A stretch of DNA of 63,901 nt, filler included, from Aduncisulcus paluster (lineage: Eukaryota), in NCBI GenBank assembly GCA_024181965.1. It is 6 parts of 6 records of this genome, joined end to end, with 100 filler letters (N's around TTAATTAATTAA, not from the genome) between each part and the next. Parts side by side here need not be neighbours in the genome. Positions count along the whole stretch, not along the records: positions 1 to 10,356 come from BQXS01011172.1; positions 10,457 to 37,933 come from BQXS01011173.1; 4 more parts are not named here. The stretch is one strand, 5' to 3'. This document shows, one piece after another, positions 1-10,457 of this stretch. The notes beneath the pieces were generated by a model. That model was not told the origin of the DNA and searched no databases. It was given only the letters and a program-made list of their open reading frames with translations. Every line of letters begins with the position of its first letter. Position 1 is the first letter of the stretch. The position numbers and the translations under genes are program-made.

Positions 1-1038
1 GTTCCCATGCCCAGCTCTTTGTTTGAATTAGCTCGCCATATCAACCAAAAGAGAAAGGACAGTGACAGTGCACAAAATGCTTCTGGAAAGTTTTGGTTAT
101 ATAAATACATTATCCAACGAGGAGGAGAGAAAGCTGTGTTGGAAGAGAAGGAAGTTGAGAAAGAGAAGGAAGTCGAAGAGGAAAAGGAAGAAGAGGAAAA
201 GGAAGAAGAGGAAAAGGAAGAAGAGGATCAAGAAGTCGACAAAAAAGAAGAACTTGCATCTGCCCCAATGCCACCCTCCGTTTTCTCCTCAGCATACCTT
301 ATATCCATCTCTGAGAAAGATGAAACAATGGTTCTTACTTTCTATCTTGATGAGTTTGGCATCACGATTGAGATTGACGCCGAGACTGGATTCAACAGGA
401 AACACGTAGCTCCTGTTACTCTTCCAATGTCTGAAGAGGAGAAGAAGAGCACTGGAAGAACGGGGAAAACAGATAAGATTAAGGATAATGCCCATTTGTT
501 TATTCCTGTGAAAAGTGGTAAAGTTGTGACTCAAATTACTGCATTTGATTTGTGTATTGAGAATCCTATCTTGCCCGAAAGTGTCAGAATTTGGAATGCA
601 ATGAAGAGAAAAGCCGTTGAGAAAGAATTGGAAAAGGAGGCTTCAACCCTGTCTCTGAGTTCACGTGGACCTTCAACACCTTCTCAAGGAGGTGATTCAA
701 ACATTTCTCTTGCATCGAGGCTCCGTAGACTTCAAGATACAGCCCATTCGCAATCAATTAATGCGGACCATTCTGCTCTTTCTCCAAACACCACATCGAC
801 TCCAGTCTCAAAAGAAACTGAGAAATATGACAAAGAAATCACTGGTTCATGGTGGGGTGGCAGATCTGGGCGTGGAAAGGTTGGAATTGTGTCCTTCAAT
901 ATCTTGCAACGCTTTGATATTGAAGTGTATGCCGAAATATCCTCGATAAGTGGAAGACCTACCATTGGAATGCAACTCAAGAACCTCAAAGCTCTGTCTG
1001 TTCCACCAAACTTTGGTGCAAAGGAAGAGAAGAAATGA
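1..1038 (+). CDS. 3' part of a probable RNB-family (Dis3/Dis3L2-like) exoribonuclease: end of RNB domain plus S1-like domain with low-complexity insertions; 5' partial
   Basis: Frame is open from base 1. ELARHINQKRKDSDSAQNASGKFWLYKYI resembles the last RNB helix. SAYLISISEKDETMVLTFYLDEFGITIEID and VSFNILQRFDIEVYAE...IGMQL resemble Dis3-type S1 strands. Catalytic core is outside the window. Confidence 0.5.
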   Translation, partial: VPMPSSLFELARHINQKRKDSDSAQNASGKFWLYKYIIQRGGEKAVLEEKEVEKEKEVEEEKEEEEKEEEEKEEEDQEVDKKEELASAPMPPSVFSSAYLISISEKDETMVLTFYLDEFGITIEIDAETGFNRKHVAPVTLPMSEEEKKSTGRTGKTDKIKDNAHLFIPVKSGKVVTQITAFDLCIENPILPESVRIWNAMKRKAVEKELEKEASTLSLSSRGPSTPSQGGDSNISLASRLRRLQDTAHSQSINADHSALSPNTTSTPVSKETEKYDKEITGSWWGGRSGRGKVGIVSFNILQRFDIEVYAEISSISGRPTIGMQLKNLKALSVPPNFGAKEEKK

Positions 1039-1470
1039 ACAAGAAGCGTAAGAAGAGTAAGACAATTTATTGGACATACATGAACCTTTTCATCAGAAAT
1101 GTCGAAGATTGCATCATGATCTAAGAACCAACAAAATGATAACTTATCATTGATAAGTATTCAGACTCTGAATCAGAGGAAAATAAATATCCTATAGAAA
1201 TCAGATTAGATTCATATAATTATATTATAATTACTGTGCTAGACGGAAATCCTCTCTAAAAATATACTTGGGAGTTCAACTTTTGAGAAACTCCAAACGT
1301 GGATAGGAAATGACCAAACAAATAAGTGTTAATAAGAACAAGGAAATCACTCAAAATGTGATAAAACCATAAGTAACAATAATGGAGAATAAATTAATTT
1401 CAGCCTCGATTATTTAAGTGTGAGTAAGAATATCGTATAAAAATCCCATAATTTCAATCAACAATTGTTT

Positions 1471-4400
1471 TCACATTTTTTTCTCCAATTCTCCAACAAC
1501 AGCTCCAAAAACAGTTTCCAATGATGCATTTTCAATTGTCCATTCAACAATAACTCCCTGTTTCTCAAGAGAACGAAGTCCACGGAGCAATTCTCCTCTT
1601 TTACCTTGAAGGGGAATTGTATAACTAACAACTCCACCACTATCAGTGAGTTTCTCAAGATCTGTTTTTAGATGACGACTTAGCACACTTTCAACCCGTT
1701 CCTTATTGAGTTGGAAGGAATGATAGAATTCTTTCCGAAGTTCTTGGATTCGCTCGGGAGAAAAATCATGAGCCAAAAACCCATCATCAAGAACATCACC
1801 AGGAAATTGTACGGCTTTATCATATTTCTTGGTTGAACTATCTTCCTCTTGCGTGACTTCTTCGCCTTTCTTTCCTTTCTCTTTCTGATCTTCTTCTTCA
1901 GTTTTGTAGCACCGAATGATAGCCGACGGATCACGTTTGGAAAGAGTGATTCTAACAACAGCATTGTGCTCAAACATACTCACAAGACGCACACTATCAT
2001 CCAGACAAACAAGTTTGCCCCGATTAATGATAGAAATCCGGTCACAAAGAGCTTCAGCCTCCTGCATATCGTGGGTTGTGAGCAAGACAGCCCTTCCTTC
2101 TCTCAGAACAGGCAAGAGATCCCATACTTCGTGTTTAGTGTGTGGATCAAGACCTGAAGAGAACTCATCAAGAAGAATGAGTGAAGGACTTCCCACAAGA
2201 GAAATACCAATACTGACACGTCGCCTCATTCCTCCACTCAGAGCTGACACACGACGGTGAGCAGCATGCAAAAGACCCACTTGCTTAACGATATGCATAA
2301 TGTAACTATGCATGAAGAAATCCTGAGAACAAGAAGATGGCAGCAATGCCATGAATCCTAAAATCTTTTTTTTCTTCGGGTTTTTGATGCTCCGGTGTTT
2401 TGATCCTCTACTGGAGTGTGTCTCAGCAATTAGTTGAGTTTCTTCAGCAAGAGCAAGGTCATAAACATTATTAAAATTACAATACAATTCAATATGTTCA
2501 TAAACAGTGAGTAACGGCCAGAGACGGTCGAATTGGAATACGATTCCAACCTTTGTCGTTGCTTCTCTCCTTTCTTTCGATCCACAAGTGACGCATTTCC
2601 CCCCAATCCACACCTTTCCACCGGAAGGACGAAGTTGTCCACATATCATACTTATTGTTGTACTCTTTCCAGCACCATTAGCACCCAAGAGACCGAATAC
2701 TTGGTCGTTTGGAATAACAAAGGAAACATCATCAACCGCATGCAGATAATCACTCACAGATGAGCTTGACGATTGTAAATGTTCATGTTTAGGCGTGGAA
2801 TCAGAATCACTAAGCTGTCCAATCGAAATATCTGAAGAATTTGTCTGATGAAGAGAATTATTCTCGTCTTCATCTTCTTCCTCAATTTCATGCTTGGGTT
2901 TCTTCGTGAGTTTGAAAAGTTTGATCAAATTCCTCACAACGAGTGGGTGCGAGTGAATATCTGCATATTGAGCCAGATTTCTTTCCTTTTGAACAGATTT
3001 GAGCAAAGAATTAACACCCAAATCAACCGTTTCAGTGGCTTCATGAATCGAAAGATCGCGAGGGTCATTCATAATCTCATGGTCGTCGGTTCGAGCCCTC
3101 TGCAATTCCTGTTTTTCTTCACGCTCACCTTTCTTAATAAAGTCAGTTATAAAGAACAATGGGTCTTTTGGTATTTCAGATTCATGAGGAAGTACTAAAT
3201 TTAGATACATCCCAAGAACAAAGTAGAAAACCCCAAATAAAGCCATTTCAACAAGACTTACCATGAACATTTGTGTATTGTCATTCATATTATCCCACTT
3301 TTGGAAGATATCTTTTGTATAAACTCGGGTTGGAGATCCATCTTCATTCGTGCTGAAGGGAGATAGGGGAGTGATAGTCGATAGGGATCGACAGAGGACG
3401 AAGACGGGGTATAAAATATCAATAAAATACGAGTTTGAGCCAGTGACGTCAAGCATTCCATACAAATCGGGTGTAAAAAGAAGCAAGATAACAACAACCA
3501 ACACTCCAATCTTACTGGTCGAGAAGAAAGCGGTAATGAAGAAAGAATATGAGGCAGAGAGGAAAGCCCAACCCAAGAACATAAGTATAAATGCAAATAA
3601 TCCCACTTTTGGAAGATATCTTTTGTATAAACTCGGGTTGGAGATCCATCTTCATTCGTGCTGAAGGGAGATAGGGGAGTGATAGTCGATAGGGATCGAC
3701 AGAGGACGAAGACGGGGTATAAAATATCAATAAAATACGAGTTTGAGCCAGTGACGTCAAGCATTCCATACAAATCGGGTGTAAAAAGAAGCAAGATAAC
3801 ACCATGAACATTTGTGTATTGTCATTCATATTATCCCACTTTTGGAAGATATCTTTTGTATAAACTCGGGTTGGAGATCCATCTTCATTCGTGCTGAAGG
3901 GAGATAGGGGAGTGATAGCATACAAATCGGGTGTAAAAAGAAGCAAGATAACAACAACCAACACTCCAATCTTACTGGTCGAGAAGAAAGCGGTAATGAA
4001 GAAAGAATATGAGGCAGAGAGGAAAGCCCAACCCAAGAACATAAGTATAAATGCAAATATGGAATTATTTAGGACAACTGGATTCGCTGTTACGCCCATC
4101 GTAATATAGGTGACCACACACACAATGAAACAAGACACAAAGAAAGAAACCCACCAAGAAAGGAAGAAAGGCCATTGTTTTAGGCCATTAAGCTCAAGGT
4201 TTCCCTTTAATTTGTTTTCTCTCTCACTCAAAAATGTTTCAGTGTTCATCATTAAGATAAAACCCATACAAATAAATAGAAAGGGGTATCCAAACTCTGG
4301 AACGCCAAATTCTAGGTAATAAGGCAACTCAGCGATATATCCAAAGAAAAGACCGAACATATAGAGGTTTTGCTCTTGAGATCTATCCCTGTAAAAAGCC

Positions 4401-5326
4401 AGATTGAAGATATTCTGAAACAAATTGATAACCGTGTTCATAGCGAATATGGGGACTGGTTGAGCGTTAGTAATGATTGGATTTGCCGTGGCATGGACCG
4501 TGTAGTTAAAATACATGTGTTCAGGAAGAGCAGGAGGATCCCATTGACTTTGTGGAGAATCGGAATCTCTCGTGAACACAGGGGCATTGGTATAATTAAG
4601 TGAAAGGACCGTTGATGGGTAATAATCAGCGTATCTGTAGTGCTGATCAATGAGAGAAACCTCGTTGTTCATCAAACTGATCTGTTGCATTAGCCAATCA
4701 TCGAGAGCATAAAACCCTTCATCAGTACACTCGTTTTGCAGGGTAACTGGATTGAAAGAACACGATGGAGGAATATCCGAGGGGTCAAAAGTTGATTTGA
4801 ACGGAGTATATACGGTACTATTAGAGTATCGGGAAGCATCGATTTTCTGGATATCTAAAGACATCAGTCCATCGCCATATCGATCTGCATTATGGTATCC
4901 CATTGGGGTTGGAATATTGTCAAGATAAGATTCATAAGTTCCGAGTGGATGGTCACGTCGAGCAAGAAGGATATTCGGACAATATGTATCATACTCTCCA
5001 ACAACACAATTTATCTGTGGAGTTGAACGAATCTCAACCTGTGGAGCAATATTAAGCCATTCCTGAAGTTGTGTTGAATTGTTATAATGCATATTCATAG
5101 CGACAAACAAAGATGCTAAGGAACCAAACAAAGTTGTTGGCGTTGGCGTAATAATATTCTTTCCAGTTTCATTCGAACGGATAATAAGAATAATTAAGAA
5201 ATATAGAATGAGAATGAAGGCCATGAGAACGATGGGCAAAACCAATTGACAAATAGCCAATCCTTTGGTTCTAATGGTTAATTTATAATTTTTTTCGAGT
5301 AATACACGAAATTGAGAATAAGACAT
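1471..5326 (-). CDS. Half-size ABC transporter, subfamily A (one TMD with large extracellular loop + one NBD), ~1131 aa after removing a 460-nt assembly duplication
   Basis: N-terminal QFRVLLEKNYKLTIR followed by a TM helix; ERENKLKGNLELNGLK ABCA motif; Walker A GANGAGKS; signature LSGGMRRRVSIG; Walker B LILLDE; H-loop TTHDMQEAEALCDR; C-terminal SLETVF. First ATG is at 5326. Collapsing the 460-nt offset gives a whole number of codons. Confidence 0.92.
3285..4059. repeat. Exact, shuffled duplicated blocks inside the ABCA gene (assembly artefact)
   Basis: Identical copies of the same coding segments recur in permuted order and split the ORF. Confidence 0.85.
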
Positions 5327-5477
5327 CCTCAGAATTTGGTCCAATGACAAGAAATCGAATGATTTGGGGATTGGCAAGTTCTTTCGTATTAATTCATTAT
5401 TTTTCCCTTTTGATCCATGAATTCTAGTGTTAATTGTGTTCTGTAAAGCGAAATCATTTATAATTTTTATTTAATTA

Positions 5478-7592
5478 TTATTGTTCAGATTTTGATGATT
5501 CTTCTTCCTCTTCTTCTTCTATAGTTTCTTCAGAACCACTGGATTGAATATTTTTGCTTGATTCTTTAGAATCTATCACATGGTCTTTATGTTCACTCTT
5601 TGATTCTTCCTTATCCTCGTTATCGTCTCTGTTTTCTTTCTCTTCCTCCTCCTTCTCCTCTTCTTCTTCCTCGTCGGCTTGTTCCGTTTTTTCAATTTCA
5701 ACCTCAACTTCTCTGTCCTCTCTCTCTTCCTCTTCTTCATCATCTTGTAAATCTCTTTCAACATCAATCGAATGTTCTTCCTCTTCTTCTTTCTCTTCTT
5801 CTTCCGCTTCGAAGTCCACATTTTCCTCCTCTTCTTCCTCTTCCTCTTCCTCTTCCTTTTCCTCTTCTTCTTCTTCCTCGTCTTCTTCAATGTCATTATC
5901 ATCAAGACAAATATGACCCTTCCATCTCTTCCATTCTTCTTTTCTCATCTTTGGGGCATTTAAGACTAGCCAACGAAATAACATTTTCCGCCCATTCATA
6001 TTAGACCCTTTCCATCTGTGAAGTTTGGAATAGATTGTTGACCATTGTTTACCAGATATACACGCACGAAGAAGGACACAAACAGAAATAAACAAAGCAG
6101 AACGTTCACGTGCACCAATGGAACCAGAAAGCATAATACAAAACATACTGATCATGGTATATTCTAAAAATAGAACAAGTTTCTCATGGAGTTTAGGAAT
6201 ACAAATGAAAGGCGGAATAAATCCAAAGGAATGAAATTTGGAGAGAACCTTATTCAGATTTTCCTTCACGGTGGCGAAATCCTGTCGAGCATCCAGATAT
6301 GTATATGTTTTCATCAACGTACGATCATTCGTCGATTCGTATATTCCTGTCGAAGCTAAAAATGAATCTGAGAAAGAAGTCAGCACAGGTGCACTCTTCG
6401 GAAGTCTTAAGGGAGGTCGATCAGAAAGGCGTTCAAGAAGCTTTGTTACTCTTTCTTCCATCGTTTTTTCGTATTGACTGTTACTCAGCGGCTCTAATTG
6501 GTGAATTTGAATGAAAGGAAGCGGATATCCTTCTGACTTGCGAACAGCTACACGACGAACTTTGCCAAATTCTTTTGGAGGAGGTTTAAGCGGTAAATCA
6601 AGATTTATCCTTCCATAAACACATATTTTCTTGATTACAATCGCATCATTGGGACATATTGATAGGAATTGAGTGCCCGACGAAGAAGGAGGTTGAAGCA
6701 AATGTCTGAGGGTTGTAGCATGTTGGGGAGGAAGAGAAATTGATATAAATTTTGAAGAATGTTTTTTAGATGGTTTTGTTGACAATACAGAAGCTGACGA
6801 CCTTCTCTTTCCGAGAGTATCCTCTTGAGCTTGAATTTCTTCTTGTTTATCTGTAACATCATTAAGAGGTGCAATATCTGAATCGTCAGATTTATCTTTG
6901 CTTGCTTCCTCTTGACGCGCTTGAATAAGGGCTGAAATATCTTTATCTTCTTCTTCATCTTCATCTAAGCGTTCTGATCCAGATTCGTCATTCCAATACC
7001 CAGGACAGCCTTGGTATGAATCTACTTGAGGACAATTTGTTTTAATTGAACGTAAAAGATTCTTTCTAATCTGCCCAAGCCCTAATTGCTTAAAATTCTT
7101 TAAGAGATCACTATATTCTGAAGACGGTACAATGGCACGAGTAACAATTAAAATACCTAATAAAATATCAGAATACTCCCGAGAAAGAACTTTTCCCGAA
7201 ACCATGAATCGGAAATATGTCTTGGAACACCACAGGAGAAAATCCCCATAAATATGAGCAATTACGGGGTGAAAAATGAAAGGAGGAGTTATATTCATCT
7301 CAGGAAAAAGTTGTTTTATGGAAGCAACTTTCTTGTTTATATTTATAAGCAAAGGTTTTGTATTTTCGATAGTAATATCATCTGTAACAGGTCTATCACG
7401 ACATTTGTCTTTAAAATTGTTAATTAATTCAATAGATAATTCCATTTGACGATTTTTTTCAGTGATTTGTTCCTGATCATTCCCATATTCGGGTAATGGT
7501 CTTTTATAGCAATCCATGGTTTTCACCGGTGCTGGATCGAGAAGAGAAGTGAAATAACTTTGATGATAATCAAATGCTTCTTCTTCCGGCAT
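5478..7592 (-). CDS. Hypothetical protein (704 aa) with two copies of a ~110-aa helical domain and an acidic tail
   Basis: Long ATG-initiated ORF. Internal similarity: ITPPFIFHP...FMVSGKVLSREYSDILLGILIVTRAIV...IRKNLLRSIKTNCP versus FIPPFICIP...IMLSGSIGARERSALFISVCVLLRACI...GRKMLFRWLVLNAP. Confidence 0.75.
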   Translation of the reverse strand: MPEEEAFDYHQSYFTSLLDPAPVKTMDCYKRPLPEYGNDQEQITEKNRQMELSIELINNFKDKCRDRPVTDDITIENTKPLLININKKVASIKQLFPEMNITPPFIFHPVIAHIYGDFLLWCSKTYFRFMVSGKVLSREYSDILLGILIVTRAIVPSSEYSDLLKNFKQLGLGQIRKNLLRSIKTNCPQVDSYQGCPGYWNDESGSERLDEDEEEDKDISALIQARQEEASKDKSDDSDIAPLNDVTDKQEEIQAQEDTLGKRRSSASVLSTKPSKKHSSKFISISLPPQHATTLRHLLQPPSSSGTQFLSICPNDAIVIKKICVYGRINLDLPLKPPPKEFGKVRRVAVRKSEGYPLPFIQIHQLEPLSNSQYEKTMEERVTKLLERLSDRPPLRLPKSAPVLTSFSDSFLASTGIYESTNDRTLMKTYTYLDARQDFATVKENLNKVLSKFHSFGFIPPFICIPKLHEKLVLFLEYTMISMFCIMLSGSIGARERSALFISVCVLLRACISGKQWSTIYSKLHRWKGSNMNGRKMLFRWLVLNAPKMRKEEWKRWKGHICLDDNDIEEDEEEEEEEKEEEEEEEEEEENVDFEAEEEEKEEEEEHSIDVERDLQDDEEEEEREDREVEVEIEKTEQADEEEEEEKEEEEKENRDDNEDKEESKSEHKDHVIDSKESSKNIQSSGSEETIEEEEEEESSKSEQ

Positions 7593-7767
7593 TGAAATTT
7601 GAATGTAATGGCAAAAACAATTTTTTTTGAAATTTTGAAATGAAATTCAGGATTTGTATTATTCTTCGATTCATTCAGACTTCTTCGAGTTTTTTTACAA
7701 TAATACTTATTTTTTTCTTTAGAAATGTGAAGACACAGCTGTACAAGCTGAATTGACCCTTTATTCT

Positions 7768-7795
7768 CATTGGATATAGATGCCTATATCCAATG
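7768..7795. repeat. Perfect 12-bp inverted repeat with 4-nt loop in a divergent intergenic region
   Basis: CATTGGATATAG-ATGC-CTATATCCAATG read directly from the sequence. Confidence 0.9.
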
Positions 7796-8244
7796 CCTCG
7801 AAAGTTATATTAGTAATTCAATTTTAATGCATTAAATATGCAGTATAAACAATGTTAAACAATTATTTGGTGGTATCTCCTGGTAATAATTACCATTTGT
7901 GCATCTTGTTTAAATTATATTCTATTGAATGCTAAATCCATATTGGGGATGAAATTAATGCATAAAATTGCATAATATTTATATTTGATATCGAATATAT
8001 TTGGTATATTAAAAAATGTTGCTGTATTGTGCTTTTACCGCATTTGGGGGAAAATGATAAAAATATTGTACCCCTATCTAATCTCAAAGTTAAATAAATA
8101 TTTATATTGAAGTTCATGAATATTTCATGCAATTGATTTTTTCTTATTCCATTGTACTTGATCATGAATTACTTTTCTCTCTTTGGAGTCTTTTTCTCTG
8201 ATTGAAGAAATTTCAAATCTTCTTTCTATCCGAAACAAAGCAAT

Positions 8245-10325
8245 ATGTACTCTATTCAGAGGATAGAAGTTTGTAATTTTAAAAGTTTTAAAGGATATCA
8301 TACAATTGGCCCATTTCTCGATTTTACCTGTATAATTGGACCTAATGGAAGCGGTAAAAGTAATGTACTTGATGCAATATCTTTTGTATTAACCCTTAAT
8401 GCGAGTGAGCTTCGTGGATCTCACATCAAAGATTTGATAAATCATAATGCAACTTCTGCCGATGAATCTTATGTAAAAATGGTTCTGACGTCTAAAAATG
8501 ATGATGAAATGCCAATCCAAGCGAGTAGTAAGGTTGAAGAAGAATCAGAATCTGAAGAAGGTAGACATCCAACACCTCCCCAAGAAATGATCTTTTCTCG
8601 GTATATTAACACCCATTCTTATTCTAGTACATATAAATTTAACGGAAAAGGTGTTAATAAGGTTAAATATATTGAAGAATTAAAACGTTGTGGAATTGAT
8701 CTCTCTCTTCGAGCTTCTTTCCTAATTTTTCAAGGAGATATTCGAAAAGTTGCAACGATGAATTCTTCAGAACGCCGCGATATGATTGAAGTTCTTTGCG
8801 GATCAGCTGATTATAAAGAACACCATCTTTCTCTAGTGGAATCATATACTAAAATGGGTCAAGAAATGCTTGATTTACGTGCAAAAGTCAATGGTATCAG
8901 AAAAAGAAAAGAAGCTGCAACACTTCGGGATAAAGAAAACGCTGAATATGATGAATTACACAAAGTCGTTGATGCTCTCCATTCCAAATCCATGTTATTG
9001 CAGCTTTATGCCATTCACGAAGAAGTTGAGCGTCTTCAAGTACAATCCAAAGAACTTAAAGGACAGAAGAAATTGTTTGAAGACCGCCATGATGCTCTTG
9101 AAGATGAGATCTCAAAGATATCTCGGAAGAAGAAGAAGACTTCGTCTATTGTGACCTCCTTGACAGCTCAACTTCAAACAACACACGAGAAGATCCTTGA
9201 CATCGATGAAGCGATGGATATGCTGACTTCTCATAAACTCAAGCAAGACAGACTTCTGAAGAGCGTCAAACGGATCTCAAAAACAATTAAAACGCTTGAA
9301 GGAGATATTTCGACGGAAAAGGAGAGCATTTCACTGTGTAAGAAAAACAAAGAAGCTGCAGTTGCCAAATCCTCTGGCATTTCGTCGCTCTCTCACCTAA
9401 GACTTTCCAAACCTGATATCTCCGCATTAAATGCACTTATCAGGCGATTCAAGAGTCGAGAAGAACAAAGTGTTGCTTCTCTCGAGCGTTGGAAAGGTCG
9501 TTTGAAGGTTTCTGAGATGAATTTAGAGCGTGCGACTGAACTCGTCACTTCCATCTCCAAAACAGTCGTTACATTATCTACAAGGCATTTAGACGAAGAG
9601 AAAAAGTTGAAGGAGCTTACAAAACGTCATAAAGATATCTCCGTTAAGATTTCAGAGAAACGGCAAGAACATGAAGATAATCAAATGAGATTGACTCACG
9701 CTGAGGATGAGAAGAAAGATATCCAGGCTGAGATTACTGAAATCAAGAGAATCATTCACGAACAACAGCGTATCCATCAAGAATCCCAACTTATTATGCG
9801 CCTTCGAAGGGAATTATTAAATATTCAAGATCACCGCGGTCGTGTATATGGTCTTGTATGTGACCTTGTTCCATCGATTCAAAACAGTGATAAACATGCT
9901 GTTCGTGCAGCTCTTGGAAGATATACTCAAGCCGTTGTTGTGGAGAATGACGATATTGCTGAACATGTTCTTAGTATTGTCAAAAAGAAGCGGCTTGGTC
10001 GTGTAACAATATTGCCCCTCTCCTCTCTCAAACTTTCTCACACCCAACAGAATCCTCAGCTCTCACGCGCTATTTCCGACTCTGTCCCGTCGGCTCGTCT
10101 TGCCATCCATTGTGTTTCCTGCGATTCATCTCTTCAGGCTACTGACAAAGACACCTTACTGAAATACGTCCTTGGAGATACTGCTATTTGTACGACTATT
10201 AGAGACGCTTGCAAGTGCGGATTCGATTGCGGGAGGAGGAGAAGATGTGTCACGATCGAAGGACACGTTGTAGAGAAAAGTGGAATGGTGAAACGTGGAA
10301 GAAGACAGCCAAAATCAGCACAAGG
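8245..10325 (+). CDS. SMC1: Cohesin subunit SMC1: N-terminal head, coiled coil and hinge; 3' truncated at scaffold end
   Basis: IEVCNFKSFKG...IGPF.DFTCIIGPNGSGKSNVLDAISFVL, FLIFQGDI, hinge GRVYGLVCDL...ALGRYTQAVVV...RLGRVTILPL...VLGDTAIC...CVTIEGHVVEKSG. The stop at 10338 lies in chimeric sequence. Confidence 0.9.
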
Positions 10326-10356
10326 TGGAATTATTTAGGACAACTGGATTCGCTGT

Positions 10357-10456
10357 NNNNNNNNNNNNNNNNNNNNNNNNNNNNNNNNNNNNNNNNNNNN
10401 TTAATTAATTAANNNNNNNNNNNNNNNNNNNNNNNNNNNNNNNNNNNNNNNNNNNN
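10357..10456. other. Artificial scaffold linker
   Basis: 44 N + TTAATTAATTAA (stops in all six frames) + 44 N. Confidence 0.98.
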
Positions 10457-10457
10457 C

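Noticed and set aside
3285..4059. Shuffled repeats in ABCA as alternative exons, gene scrambling or a CRISPR-like array
   Set aside because: Copies are identical coding fragments with no splice sites or unique spacers; collapsing 460 nt restores one frame.
5554..6004. Antisense and alternative-frame poly-Ser, poly-Phe or poly-Lys ORFs (also near 31.7-32.1 kb and 43-47 kb)
   Set aside because: These are shadows of GAA/GAG-rich acidic tracts in real genes.
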